Assembly (NCBI GenBank): GCA_951406725.2
Contig: OX597830.1
Coordinates: 34,348,001 to 34,412,000 of the forward strand
Origin: Octopus vulgaris
Lineage: Eukaryota
Direction of reading: 5' to 3'
DNA length: 64,000 nt
Shown: piece by piece, positions 1 through 14,130 of the stretch
Position numbering within the stretch: the stretch's first letter is position 1
Layout: every line of letters begins with the position of its first letter
Notes under the pieces: generated by a model
What the model saw: only the letters and a program-made list of their open reading frames with translations
Database searches by the model: none
Told to the model about the DNA's origin: nothing
Position numbers and translations under genes: made by a program

Positions 1-19
1 CACTCAATAATAATAATGT

Positions 20-271
20 TAATAATTTCAAATTTTTCCGCAAGATTAGCAAGTTCAGAGAAGAGGGAGCAAGTCAATTACATTCAGCCTCTGTGCTTAA
101 CTGGTGCTTATTTCATCGACCTTGAAGGCAAAGTCAGTCTCGGCAGAATTTGGGTTCAGAATGTAAAGACAGACTAAGCAGAATTTGAACTCAGAACATA
201 AAGCAGGATGAAAGGCAACTAAGATTTTCACTTGGCATACTAACAATTCTGCCAGCTCATTGCTTAATAAC

Positions 272-321
<50 letters not shown>

Positions 322-530
322 TAATAACCCTTTCTACTAATAGGCACAAGGCTTGACATTTGGAGGAGGGGGATGGTTGATTACATCGACCCCAGTACTC
401 TACTAGTGCCTATTTTATCAACCCTATAAGGATGAAAGACAAAGTTGACCTCGGTGAATTTTGAACTCAGAATGCAAAGACGGGTGAAACACCATTAAGC
501 ATTTCCTCCAGCATGCTAATGATTCTGTTA
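20..530 (-). mobile_element. Two decayed copies of tRNA-derived SINE family C separated by (AAT)n
   Basis: Reverse complement matches the intact copy at 14768-15003 (gaatttgaactcagaa, aaagtcgacctcggc, atcgaccccagt motifs). Confidence 0.75.
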
Positions 531-884
531 GGAACAGTGATGATCCTTCAAATGTACTTGGATGGCTGAGATCACATGTGGCAATTAGTCACCCAAGAGT
601 GAACACCTAAATTCCATCATAGGGGTGAGATACAAAGAATTTTGAAATAATATTAATGGAATTCTTTTCTGGAGAGGTACATCATCTAGGAACCCCAAAA
701 GGCTGGAAAACACAGGTGGCATTGTTAGCATAATTATGAAGAACTATAATGAATAAAGCAAAACATTCCATTTAATACTGAAACAACTCTGCTACAAAAC
801 CATCAATGAACATATTTTTATATTCATGACTATAATTATAAACATTACACATAACACACTTATACATATTATATGTATATATAT

Positions 885-1218
885 AACCCCGCTTCAGTCA
901 TGACTGACCATGGGATTGCACCTAGAAAGTTACCCTCCTAGGCACAAGTCCGAGCAAGGTTGTTTATGGAAGACCAGCAGTCACCTATGCATACCGGCCT
1001 CCCCTCTCCATACCACCAGTGTTATCCAAGGGAAAGGCAACAGTAGATACAGCTTGGCACCTGTATGTCGCAACTCATTTTTACAGCTGAGTGAACTGCG
1101 GTAATATGAAATAAAGTGTCTTGCTCAAGAACACAACATGCATCCCAGTCCATGATTCGAACACAAAACCTCACGATCGTAAGCTCTATGTTCTAACCAC
1201 TGAGCCATATGCCTTCGC
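885..1218 (-). mobile_element. tRNA-derived SINE family A
   Basis: Reverse complement of 5659-5998 over ~330 bp; accounts for ORF 910-1104. Confidence 0.9.
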
Positions 1219-1290
1219 ATATATACACATGTATATATATATATATATATATATAATATACACATACCTTAAGAGTATAATATGTATACA

Positions 1291-1341
<51 letters not shown>

Positions 1342-1481
1342 GCAGACAGACAGATAGATAGTTATTCAAACATGTTTGTTAATACATATATGCATACATT
1401 TGTAATATACATGTGTATATATAGCTGTATGTATGCGTTTGTGTATATGTGTGTGTATATATATATGTATATATGTATATA

Positions 1482-1539
<58 letters not shown>

Positions 1540-1885
1540 CATACACACACAGTCATAAATATTCTTGCTCTACAAACATACACACCACTCTTACATTTAT
1601 TTACCATCAATAATAAAAGCCAAGTAAATGGTCTCCAAGTCCATTGGAATATTTCACAATGATACATCTCCACATATATAACTCTGTACACTAACAACCA
1701 TACAATGGTGAACAAAAACACAACACTGCTAAATATAACACAATACAGCAGATATTATGTTCTATATTTAAGACAATTGTTAAATTAGCTATAAAAGAAT
1801 GGTAAATTATATTTTCGGAAAATGTCTGAAATGGTAAATTGTTTCCTATTATTTTTTAATGTTTTTCATAGTTACACATAATATG

Positions 1886-1991
<106 letters not shown>

Positions 1992-2119
1992 ATATGTATA
2001 TATATGGGGGGGGGGGTGATTTATGTGGATATATAAATGTATATATAAATAAACATGTATGTGTGCATTTATGTGTATGTGAGTGTGTGTGTGTATTGAT
2101 GCATAGATAAATGGATAGG

Positions 2120-2177
<58 letters not shown>

Positions 2178-2645
2178 TTGATATATTATAATCTGTTTGT
2201 CCATAAGAACATGGGAAACCACTAAGTAGTGTTAAGAACTTGATATTACCTTATAATATGGTAGTACATTATAGATATATATTCACTGTAGCAGTGAGTG
2301 TTAACAAAAGTACCAATGTTTCACTCTTCTTCAAGGATTTCAAAGAACACCAATTGAAAATTTGAAGGCTTGTGTATATGAATGCATATGAATTTAATTG
2401 TGAAGCAACATTTTATTTAATTAATTTAGCAAAATTTTAAAATAATGTGTTATATTATTGTTAAAAGGAACTGGAGCAAGAGCCATGCAGCTGGATGCTC
2501 TACCTGTCCCCAACCATCACTTGTTTCATGTAAGGTGATGTCTTCTAATATCCAGACAATTTCTAGCAGAATATCAGAAATGGATTGCTTCTATGATGGT
2601 GACAGTCATTTGACAACTATTGTGCGATGTCAAGAGAAGGAGACA

Positions 2646-2690
<45 letters not shown>

Positions 2691-2724
2691 ACTCACATAC
2701 AAGCATACACATTAGTGTCAGTTG

Positions 2725-2878
2725 ACTTCTTTCAATCTTGGTCTGCTAAATCTACTCACAAGGCTTTGGTCAGCCCAGGGCTATAGTACAAGGTACTTGG
2801 CCAAGATGCCACACTGCAGGACTGAACATGAAACCATTTGGTTGGAAAGCAACCTTGTTACCACACAGCCATACCTAT
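2725..2878 (-). mobile_element. SINE family B, 5' half
   Basis: aaatctactcacaaggctttggtc...ccacacagcc matches the family B head. Confidence 0.8.
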
Positions 2879-2879
2879 A

Positions 2880-2910
<31 letters not shown>

Positions 2911-2914
2911 ATAC

Positions 2915-2951
<37 letters not shown>

Positions 2952-2981
2952 AATATATATTTATATATATTGATATAGATG

Positions 2982-4090
<1,109 letters not shown>

Positions 4091-4095
4091 ATAAA

Positions 4096-4255
4096 GGCAC
4101 AGGCGTGGCTGTGTGGTAAGAAGCTTGCTTCCCAACCACGTGGTTCTGGGTTCAGTTCCACTGCATGGCACCTTGGGTAAGTGTCTATATAGCGTCAAGC
4201 TTACCAGAGCCTTGCGAGTGGATTTAGAAGATGGAAACTGAAAGAAGCCCATCGT

Positions 4256-4314
<59 letters not shown>

Positions 4315-4720
4315 GAAAGAACCACCTTTTATCAATTCAAAATGAAAAATTAAATTACACCATCTATAAAATTACATATAATAGAAAGATTGAATATAAG
4401 ATAAAAAATATAATGATGATTAAGTAATGTGCAAAATAATAGATAAAACGTATGCATATATATATATATATATATCTTTATCTATATACTATATATATAT
4501 ATATATGTGTGTATGTATGTATGTATATGTGAGAGTATGCCTGTGCTTGTGCCTCCGCCATTGCTTTATAACTGTTGGTGTATTTACATCCCCAATAGAC
4601 CAATAAAATAAGTACTAGGCTTACAAAGAATAAGTCCTGGGGTGAATTTGTTCAACTAAAGGCTGTGCTCTAGCATGACTGCAGTCAAATGACTGAAACA
4701 AGTAAAAGAATAAAAGAATA
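4096..4720 (+). mobile_element. SINE family B with internal (TA)n/(TG)n and a ~140-bp insertion (4311-4450)
   Basis: A-box tggctgtgtgg and B-box-like gggttcagttcc; conserved body; tail gaaacaagtaaaagaataaaagaa. Confidence 0.9.
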
Positions 4721-4783
4721 TATAAATAGTAGGTATGTATCTAGAGTATTGTTATGCATAAATATATATATAAAAATTGTGTG

Positions 4784-4814
<31 letters not shown>

Positions 4815-4834
4815 CATTATCATCGTCATCAATC

Positions 4835-5205
4835 ATTATCATCGTTTAACGTCCATTTTCCATGCTAGCATGGGTTGGACGGTTCGACCAGGGTCTGGGA
4901 AGCCAGGAGGCTACACCAGGCTCCAGCCTAATCTAGCAGAGTTACTACAGCTGGATGCCCTTCCTAACGCCAACCACTCTGTGAGTGTAGTGAGTGCTTT
5001 TTACTTGCCACTGGCACAGGGGCCAGAGGAGGCTGGCAATGGCCATGATCGGTTGGTGCCTTTCATGTGCCACCGGCACAGAAGCCAGTCAAGGCGGTGC
5101 TGGCATCAGCCACGTTCAGATGGTGCATTTTACTTGCCACCGGCAAACGAATCAAAACTACAATTTCCATTTGACTTTTATTTTGGTGTTGATGTACTTG
5201 ACTCA
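4835..5205 (-). mobile_element. SINE family D ((GAT)n-tailed, RTE-like 3' end)
   Basis: catcgtttaacgtccattttccatgctagcatgggttggacgg shared with 25572 and 37990. Confidence 0.8.
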
Positions 5206-5234
5206 AGCAGAAATTATATATATATTCTTTAATA

Positions 5235-5572
5235 TCTTTACTTGTTTCAGTCATTTAACTGTTGCCATGCTGGAGCACCACCTTTAGTCAAACAAATTGA
5301 CCACAGGACTTATTCTTTGCAAGCCTTGTACTTATTTTATCAGTCTCTTGTCAAACCACTAAGTTACAAGAATGTAAACACACCAACATCGATGTCAAGC
5401 AATGATGGGGAGACATACACAGAGACACAAATACATACATACATATATGTATACACGACAAGCTTCTTTCAGTTTCTGTCTACCAAATCCACTCACAAAG
5501 TGCCATGTAGTGGGATTGAACCTGGAACCATTTGGTTGGGAAGCAAGCTTCCCACACAGCCACTCCTGTGCC

Positions 5573-5573
<1 letters not shown>
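5235..5573 (-). mobile_element. SINE family B
   Basis: Reverse complement of family B, with an internal deletion. Confidence 0.85.
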
Positions 5574-5628
<55 letters not shown>

Positions 5629-5658
5629 TACCTAACTATTAATAATATATATATATGT

Positions 5659-5998
5659 GAAGGCGCATGGCTCAGTGGTTAGAGCGTCGAGCTTACGATC
5701 GTGAGGTTGTGAGCTCGAATCCTGGACCGGGCTGCGTGTTGTGTTCTTGAGCAAGGCACTTTATTTCACGTTGCTCCAGTTCACTCAGCTGTAGAAATGA
5801 GTTGCGACGTCACTGGTGCCAAGCTGTATCGACCTTTGTCTTTCCCTTGGATAACACTGGTGGCGTGGAGAGGGGAGGCCGGTATGCATGGGCGACTGCT
5901 GGTCTTCCATAAACAACCTTGCCCGGACTTGTGTCTAGGAGGGTAACTTTCTAGGTGCAATCCCATGGTCATTCATGACCGAAGGGGGTCTTTACCCT
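5659..5998 (+). mobile_element. tRNA-derived SINE family A, near intact
   Basis: A-box tggctcagtgg, B-box-like agctcgaatcc, central domain gtgttcttgagcaaggcactt...cactcagctgtagaaatgagt; flanked by TA repeats. Confidence 0.9.
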
Positions 5999-6012
5999 TA
6001 TATATATATATT

Positions 6013-6297
6013 CTCTTACTTGTTTCAGTGATTAGATTGTGGCCATGCTGGGGCACTACCTTGAAAAATGTTAGTTGAAGGCATCAACTCCAGTACTAGG
6101 CCTGGTACTTTTTCTGCTGGTTTTCTTTTGCTGGACCACTAAGTTATGAGGATGTAAACACTCCAACACTGGTTATGAACCAGTGGTGAGGGACAAACAC
6201 AGAAAAAAATATGGATACACACATGCACACACACACATGAATAGATTTTTTCAGTTTCCTTATACCAAATGCACTCACAAGGCTTTGGTCAGACCAA
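6013..6297 (-). mobile_element. SINE family B, 3' part
   Basis: ttacttgtttcagt...ggccatgctgg...ctcacaaggctttggtc. Confidence 0.75.
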
Positions 6298-6651
6298 CTT
6301 AAAGGCATCATATACCAATCGACAGCAGAAAACAATCACCGATCTTAAACAAATATCGATCTCACAATCAATTCTTTAAAATTTAGATACTGTATCACAG
6401 CTGCACATTTTGCAGCCAAAATATAAGCAATGACACCTCCTTATCCAAGTTTATAGGGGAACTGAAAAAAAAAAATTGTCAAGTACAACTTAAATATAGA
6501 AGGTATTTTACCATCACAAAATCATACACAAGAAATAAGAAAGAAAAGCCTTTGCACCTCTGTACAGCTGAATGAGTTGAAATTTTATTTGTCAAAACAT
6601 TGCTTCATAACTACTTACTTACACAGGGTATTCAAAAATGTTGTTACTCAC

Positions 6652-6740
6652 CTTTCATATACTGCAACAAATAAATTCATAACCATAGCTTTAAATACAT
6701 CCTGAACAATGTCAAAGGATCTTTGAACATAAGCAAATAT
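6652..6740 (-). CDS. Probable internal coding exon of an unidentified gene (IFAYVQRSFDIVQDVFKAMVMNLFVAVYE-R)
   Basis: Acceptor ttttttttttAG at 6742-6741, donor AAG|GTGAGT at 6651, 89 bp, open in phase 0, non-repetitive protein-like composition. Confidence 0.55.
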
Positions 6741-6857
6741 CTAAAAAAAAATATTCATATTTTACTCTGGTTACTATCAATTCTGTAAACAGACATATTT
6801 TTGTCTATTCTAATAGGTATATATATATATATATATATGAATATATGTATATGTATG

Positions 6858-7111
6858 TATTATAATGGGAGAAGCCGGTTTCTGGGGTTACCCTGGGTTT
6901 CTCCTTCATAAGGGGTTTAGCCTTGCAACGTATCTTCAGACTCCAAAACAATTAGACCAGCAGTGTTTTGGGGTCTGAAGATACTCTGTAAGGCTAAACC
7001 TCTTATGAGCAAGAAACCCAGAGTAACCCCATAAACCAGCCTCCCCATTATAATATTAACTGCTCTAAACTTTAGAGTGTGCTTCTCTGGATATATGTAT
7101 TTCTACAAACA

Positions 7112-7115
<4 letters not shown>
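6858..7115 (+). mobile_element. Penelope-like pLTR fragment with inverted (fold-back) duplication
   Basis: Inverted arms 6858-6950 / 6964-7055; contains an HHR; lies between TA repeats. Confidence 0.65.
6970..7030 (+). ncRNA. Type I hammerhead ribozyme motif
   Basis: GGGGU-CUGAAGA(6975-6981)-stem II region-GAAAC(7013-7017)-CCAGA-GUA-ACCCC; the left arm gives GAAACCCAGGGUA (palindromic stem III). Confidence 0.65.
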
Positions 7116-7152
<37 letters not shown>

Positions 7153-7719
7153 CACATATACATGACACATGTGTATGTGTATAAATATGTATTAACTTTT
7201 TGATATATATGTATGTGTATTTAAATGTATATTTGAATGTTTATAAAAAATATGATAATATATGTATATATTTATTGTTATTGATTTTATTTTATTACCA
7301 TCTTTGCAAAATACCGATATTCTAGACACAGACTGTATATTCACGCATCTGTATATTTGCATTTAGTAATTGTTACAAAAGTAGTTTTTCTTTTTTTCTT
7401 TTTTTTTTGCCTTTATTTATTCCCCTTAGAGAATCCTCAAATCCTGCTTAGCTTGACTTTGCCTATCTCCACCTGCACTTCATGAAATAAATACTGGAAA
7501 ATGTAATAGAGTTGTTATATGAATATACACTCTCAGCATGGGTGTAGTCCTGATGTTTGAAACCAATAAGAAATTGAATGCATATATTTACATAGCCATC
7601 CATAAGCACATACATGTACACACGAGTATATCTCTTTCTGAATCTCTAAAGTCTTATTTATTTACATAAAGAAAAATTCTGCTTATAATTAGAACAACAG
7701 CAATGACAATAATAGCGAT

Positions 7720-8340
7720 AGGCACAAGGCCAGCAATTTTAGAGGAAAGATGTTAGTTTAAACCATTGACCACAAAATATGACAGTTACTTTATTTTATT
7801 ATTTTTTTATGTATTAAAACAAAATTGACCTTCGTGGAATTTGAACTTAGAATGTCAAGGTCTAGAAAAACTGCCACAAAGCAATGGTCTAATGATTTTG
7901 CAGATCTATCATCCTAATAACAATGATAATAATAATAATAATGCCTTCTACTAAAAGCACAAGGCCTGAAATTTGGAGAGAGGGGACTAGTCAATTACAT
8001 TGACCCCAGTTTTCACTGGTATTTAATTTTATCGACCGTGAAAAGATTATATGGCAGAGTTGACCTTGGTGGAATTTGAACTCAGAAGGTAGTGACATGT
8101 GAAATACAGCTAAGCATTTTATACTGGGCAATGCCTTAAATAATAATAATTATCCTTTCTTATTTTACACTGAGGTCATCAATCTTAAGGAAGTTGATTA
8201 CATCAACCCCAATTCTCATCCATGAGAGATAAAAGGCAAAAAACTGTCTTAGTGGAATTTGAAATCAGAATGTAAAACAGATAAAATGCAATTAAGCATT
8301 TTGCCTGGTATACTAACGATTCTGCCAGCTTGCTGCCTTA
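7720..8340 (-). mobile_element. Cluster of three decayed SINE family C copies in (AAT)n
   Basis: Repeated ggaatttgaactcagaa / cacaaggcc motifs. Confidence 0.7.
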
Positions 8341-8343
8341 CAT

Positions 8344-8419
<76 letters not shown>

Positions 8420-8561
8420 TAATAATAACAACAACAATGATTCTTTTTTGCATTAAAAACCACAAACTGATCAGAACACAAGGCCAACAAAATACAACGA
8501 ATATCCAAAGAGATATCCCTAAAAAAACTAAGAAAAGGAAAAGAATGATTTTTACCCTCAA

Positions 8562-8594
<33 letters not shown>

Positions 8595-9294
8595 ATAAAC
8601 CACAACAATGACAGCATCAGAAAAAATTACAAGACAAACCAAGAATTGATGGGATATATATCTGTGCACTGTGTGCGTGTTTGTGTATGCTTATATACAC
8701 ACACACACACACATACATGCACACACACACACACACACACATATACACATGTGCACATTCGCACAAACATATATGTATAAATGGTTATACTTAAATAAAT
8801 TGATATGTCAGATTTGATCAATAATAGAATTATGTAGAAGAATGAATAAGAGAAAAAGAGAGATAGGCACATAGATTGATAGATATAATGTAAAATATAT
8901 AAGTTTATAGATAATTACTAAGATAGGTTTCTTCCTTCTCACACAAGCAATTTCTTCTACTTCATATCTTTTCAGTTAATGTGTGTGCTCATAAGTATGT
9001 ATATATATATATATATATATATATCTAAGTAAATGTATGAATTTATATGCATGTGTGTGTGTGTGCATATATATATATATATGCTGCTTTGTAAAGGAAT
9101 TGGCATGGCTCTGTGGTTAAGATGTTTACTTTACAATCAAATGGTACAAGTTTCAATCACATTGCTCAGCAGCTCAAGAAAGTGTTATCTACTATTGGCT
9201 CACACTGACCAGTGTGGTGTGAGTTGAAATTGGCTGATGGAATATGCGTAGAAGCCTATCATGTGTTTATGTGTGTCAATAATATTTTTATAAA

Positions 9295-9530
9295 GAAGAG
9301 GATAGCAAACTGGTAGAATTATTACAATGCTAGACAAAATGCCTAGCAGTATTTCTCATGGTTTTATATTCTGGATCCAAATTCCACCAAAGTCAACTCT
9401 ACTTTGCTTTTTATCAGGTTCAATAAAATGAGTTGCAATTGGGTACCAGAGTCAATGGAATCAACAAGAAGCCCTCCCCCGGCCCATACTTTTCACAAAA
9501 ATTCAGATCTTTGACCTATAGTAGAATGAG
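9295..9530 (+). mobile_element. Decayed SINE family C
   Basis: ctggtagaatt...aaatgcctagcagtatttc...caaattccacc. Confidence 0.6.
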
Positions 9531-9592
9531 TATATTTTTTGTGGACAGTTAGCAGACAGGAGAATGTTGGGTGTCTACTCTCTACTCACTAC

Positions 9593-9905
9593 TATGAAGT
9601 ATTGTTCCATATTTTTTCTGAAGAAGGTGTCATTCCTTGGGCATTTATAGAAGGGAAAGATCTTGAATTTTCCTTTTCCAAATGTTTCTAAGTGTTTACT
9701 TAGTGGAATTTTTTGTAGCACTCCCTGTTGGATATGTTGTTGGTGAATTCTGGCTCGTTGGCATAAAGAATTGCCAGTTTAACCTATATAGTTCTCCTTG
9801 CATGTGGGACAAGTTATGCTATATATTAAGTTTTGTGTCTAGCAATTCATGTTTGCATTTATTTTGAATGCGTGTCTACTCTTGAATTTTATTTGGCTGC
9901 TTTCC
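9593..9905 (-). pseudogene. Penelope-like element GIY-YIG endonuclease remnant
   Basis: Minus translation ANMNC*TQNLIYSITCPTCKENYIG*TGNSLCQRARIHQQHI...KHLE...FKIFPFYK...RKNMEQYFI: LIY..CxxC..YIG motif, two stops. Confidence 0.9.
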
Positions 9906-10417
9906 TCTATATATTAAATTCAAATTATGAATTAGCTTATCTTGTTCATGCTATATTATTAGCATTATCCTGTGTTTGAGAATAATATTATTTACTTATA
10001 TATATATATATATATGAATGTACACCACTCACACATACAAATAATTGTGAGAATGACTGCTCATAACTGTACTGGTGGATAAATATTCAATATTTCTAGA
10101 TAAACAATGCAACCAATGGTTTTATGTGGAGTATTTTCACAATTTTCAAGCAATCCAGGAAAAGAATTTTCGACATGAAACCATTGGCAGCATTGTTAAT
10201 CTACACATAAATTCTTTGAAGCAGATATTTTACATTCAAATACCCTTGTTGCATGTATTCCCAAGCAAGGTAATATTTCCTTATAGCTGGACATCTCTGC
10301 AATGAAGATTAGAAACATACAACATTGTTTGATTAAAAGTGACTTTTGTTTTTAATACTGTCACATGATGTCAAACATAAGCACATACACATTCATACAC
10401 ACACACACACATATTCT

Positions 10418-10805
10418 TTTATTGTTTTATTCTTTTCAGTCATTTGACAGCGGCAATGCTGGAGCACCACCTTTAGTTGAACAAATCGACCCCAGGACTT
10501 ATTCTTTCCTAAGCCTAGTACTTATTCTATCAGTCTCATTTGTTAAACCACTAAGTTACAGGGACTTAAACACACCAGCATCAGTTGTCAAGTGAAGGGT
10601 CAAGCACAGACACACAAATATATATATATATATATATATATACAACGGGCTTCTTTCAGTTTCCGTCTACCAAATCTACTCACAAGACTTTGGTCAGCCC
10701 GAGGCTAGAGTAGAAGACATTTGTCCGATGTGCTATGCAGTAGGATTGAACCCAGAACCATGTGGTTGGGAAGCAAGCTTCTTAATTCACAGCCACTCCT
10801 ATGCC

Positions 10806-10806
<1 letters not shown>
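10418..10806 (-). mobile_element. SINE family B, full length
   Basis: Both halves plus internal (TA)n. Confidence 0.9.
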
Positions 10807-10853
<47 letters not shown>

Positions 10854-11117
10854 TATACGTGTGTGTGTGTAAAATAAGTATTATATGTCTATATATGTGT
10901 ATGTATGTGAATGAGCATGCATGTTTGTGCCTCCTTGGCTTACTGTCATGTGATAGTTGTAACAAAAGTGTACATAAACTGAGATAAACTATGATGAGTC
11001 TCAGACAGAATTGGCCCATGACATGTCTAACTTAATAGAAACCTCCTGAGGAAATCTGCTAAGTCTCATGTAAGTGGAGTTTTGTGGTATTGTCATAGTA
11101 TGATTCAAGGAAGGAGT

Positions 11118-11186
<69 letters not shown>

Positions 11187-11299
11187 ACGTGTGGAAAGAG
11201 AGAGAAAGAACTGTATGAATATATAGTGTTGTACAGTGGTTCATATCTACCTAAATATGCATATATATACAAATACATATGCCTGTAATGTATTAGATA

Positions 11300-12060
11300 T
11301 ATAATAAACATAACGGCAAACCAACACAAATTGAGATAATCCTTAGAGAAAATTAGAGACCAAATGAAAAGTTGAGTATTGTTCAATGAGTGCTACAACA
11401 GGTTTGACTATTTCAAAATTCTGGTTAACCATAGAAATGCTGCTTTTTCTTAGGATATTCTCAAAGTTTAACTGTTCAACTTAAGAAGGGAATAAAGAAC
11501 CATTCTAATGTCACTGAAAGAAGTTCAGTGGTTTAGGAATAATAAAGAATTGCTGGGAACTTAAGTTGGAGTTTTACAAATTTAGGTAGATTGTTAACAC
11601 TGGGCAGAGCAGAGGACAGTTATCTGATTAGAAGTAAAATATTTCATAGCAGGGTAGAAGGGAGCAGCTTTCTTTATTACAGCATGTATAAAATTGTGTA
11701 TGATATGCATTTGAAGCAACGCATAGTAAAACCCAATACGAAAGAAGAATTTGAGGTAAGAGAGAGGGCTTCATTGGAGTATTTTGAAAATAAGAATTTT
11801 AGACATTTAGGGCCCATAACTGGAGAATTGAAAATTTATTTATTTTAGGCAAAGAAGAACGAAAATATTTTCTTGCCAGGATATTAGGGGAAAAATGTAG
11901 GAAAAAAAAAAGTCGATAAATCAAATGAAACCTTCAAAACTCATCTCTCCCCAAACTAAGTAAACGAAATGATAAAGTATTAAAAGGAAGGAATTGATAT
12001 ATGGATTTAGTGATTGATGGAAGGTTTAAGGGTGGGGGTAGATTGATTTTTCTTCAGATC
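11300..12060 (-). mobile_element. Decayed CR1/L2-like LINE 3' region
   Basis: Minus translation ...SFVLGFTMRCFKC resembles the LGFI.R.F motif following the RT domain; otherwise heavily disrupted. Confidence 0.4.
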
Positions 12061-12599
12061 CATCAAAGCCATTACATTACAGATAACTCAATGTTAAACC
12101 ATAAGTGAAAAATTATAAAGAGCAACGATAATAATGATGACAATGATGATGACGACAACGATGATGATGAGGATGATGGTAATGGGGATGATGATGATGA
12201 TGATTTCATTGATGACAATGCAGCAAGAACGAAAATTATTTTTCGGTTCCGAAGTGATAATACATTGCTGTGCTTGAGTAATTAACAATAGAAATTTACA
12301 TAGAATTTAATATTTTTACATCAGCCAAGCTGCCAGACATAATAGATTATTTAAATACTGAACATAAAAATAGCAATGAGAAATTTCCTGAAGTCTTCTC
12401 AGTCTCAAAACAAGATACCATAATTTTTTTTTTCTCCCTCTCCTCTATCTTTTGTTGTTGTTGTTGTTATGTATGTATATGTATGTGGGGGGTGGAGGGT
12501 GTACACAGACAAACACATATATGTATAAAAGAAAAATCACACCCCCATCAATACTTTAAAGTTTTAACGAATCAATACTTAGAAATAAACAAACCCAAC

Positions 12600-12795
12600 G
12601 ACAAGAATACACAAAACATATGGTACACTCCCCCAATCAGTCTCCGAGTGACCACACCCATTGCCAAGTATTTCCTTAACTTAATCAGAAAACACTGCCT
12701 TCATCATGCAATCTTCAATACAAACTCACTTAAATTCTTCTACTCCACCAGCAGCCCTAACTTTGCTTGAATTCATTGTAACATTAGCCATAAAT
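12600..12795 (+). pseudogene. Penelope-like element ORF fragment (RT-to-GIY-YIG linker)
   Basis: NIWYTPPISLRVTTPIAKYFLNLIRKH..HAIFNTNSLKFFYS..PN resembles the PLE motif IWFNPP.S..V.T.IG..FL.LI.KHF..KIFN.N..K.SYS..PN. Confidence 0.7.
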
Positions 12796-13193
12796 ATAAA
12801 AAAAATTCTAAAAAAAATTCTTAAAAAAAAAATTCTTAAAAAAAAAATTCTAAAAAAAAAGTATCTAGATGCATCTCCCATCAAACCTAACTCCTGATCT
12901 GGCAAATGTTGAATCTCATGAAACTATTTTCTTGTAACAATAATCGTTAACAGAAAACATAATAAACTGTACAAAAGTTACTCACTTTGATCATCTCATG
13001 TCAGCCATCACCTCACCACCACCCCCAACCTTTGTCCCCTCTCTTTGAATGCATTCATGCCTAACGTAGCTTGGATCTTCACCCTCATCATTGAGCACCC
13101 ATCCTTCACCCCACCCCAGCTCTTCACACTGCTTTCCACTCCATGTTTTGCTTCTTTTGTTTTTTTAAAAAAATTTTTGTACTGCTACTTATC

Positions 13194-13590
13194 AGGCACA
13201 GGCATGGCTGAGCGGTAAGAAGTTTTCTTCCTAGCCATATGGTTCCAGGTTCAGTCCTACTCCTTGAAATCTTGGGCAAGTGTTTTCTACTATAACCTTG
13301 CACCAACGAAAGCTTTGTGAATGGATATGGTAGATGGAAACTATAAGAAGCCCATTATATATGTGTATGTATGTGTGTCATTGTCTGTGTTTGTCCTCCA
13401 CCATCACTTGACAACCAGTGTAGGTGTGTTTACATCCCTGTAAATTAGCAGTTTGGCAAAAGAAACCAAAACAATAAGTACTAGGCTTTAAAAAGAAGTA
13501 CTGAAGTTGATTCATTCGGCTAGAAATTCTTCAAGGCAGTGCTCCAGCATGGCAACAGTCTAATGACTGAAACAAGTAATGAATGAAAGA
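13194..13590 (+). mobile_element. SINE family B
   Basis: Head, internal microsatellite and tail all present. Confidence 0.85.
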
Positions 13591-13984
13591 TAAAAAAATC
13601 ACATCCCCTTTCCTGGCCCACTCCTATTTCTTTCACAACATCGCCTATACAACACCCCTATAACCCCTAACTCTGCATCTCACACTTGTGAAATTACCTG
13701 ATATTCTACCCTTATCCCTTTCATCTTGTTCCACTGTTCCCTTCCACCTCACCTGCTTTTCTATTACCATGCCCATCAAATTAACCCTCCTGTACCCTGA
13801 GGGAGTGTACTGATACTACATCACCACCATCTACTTCTTCCATCTACTTCTTCCAGCTGGCTTAGCTATGTTTCTTTTCTATAGCAGGACACCTGTTCCT
13901 ATCCGGCTTTCATACTATCACCTCTCAACACCTGGTATAATTCACCTCTTACAATAAAACAGCCCTCACAATCAAAAGGTATTG

Positions 13985-14130
13985 TCTTGCAAGCTACTTA
14001 GCAATCCCACCAGTGCTGATGACACAATAAAAAGCACCTAGTACTCTCAGTAATGTGGTTTGCATTAAGGACATCCAGCCATAAAAACCTTACCAAAACT
14101 GGCTGGCCAGCTTTTGTCAAACTGTCCAAC
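13985..14130 (+). mobile_element. SINE family D fragment
   Basis: aaaagcacctagtactctc...gcattaaggacatccagcc...ctgtccaacc. Confidence 0.6.

Noticed and set aside
5659-5735. tRNA gene-like sequence
   Set aside because: No complete cloverleaf or acceptor stem; it continues into a repeated SINE body
6652-6740. VMNLFVAV as an ion-channel S6 segment
   Set aside because: The upstream residues are charged rather than transmembrane, so no gene name was assigned
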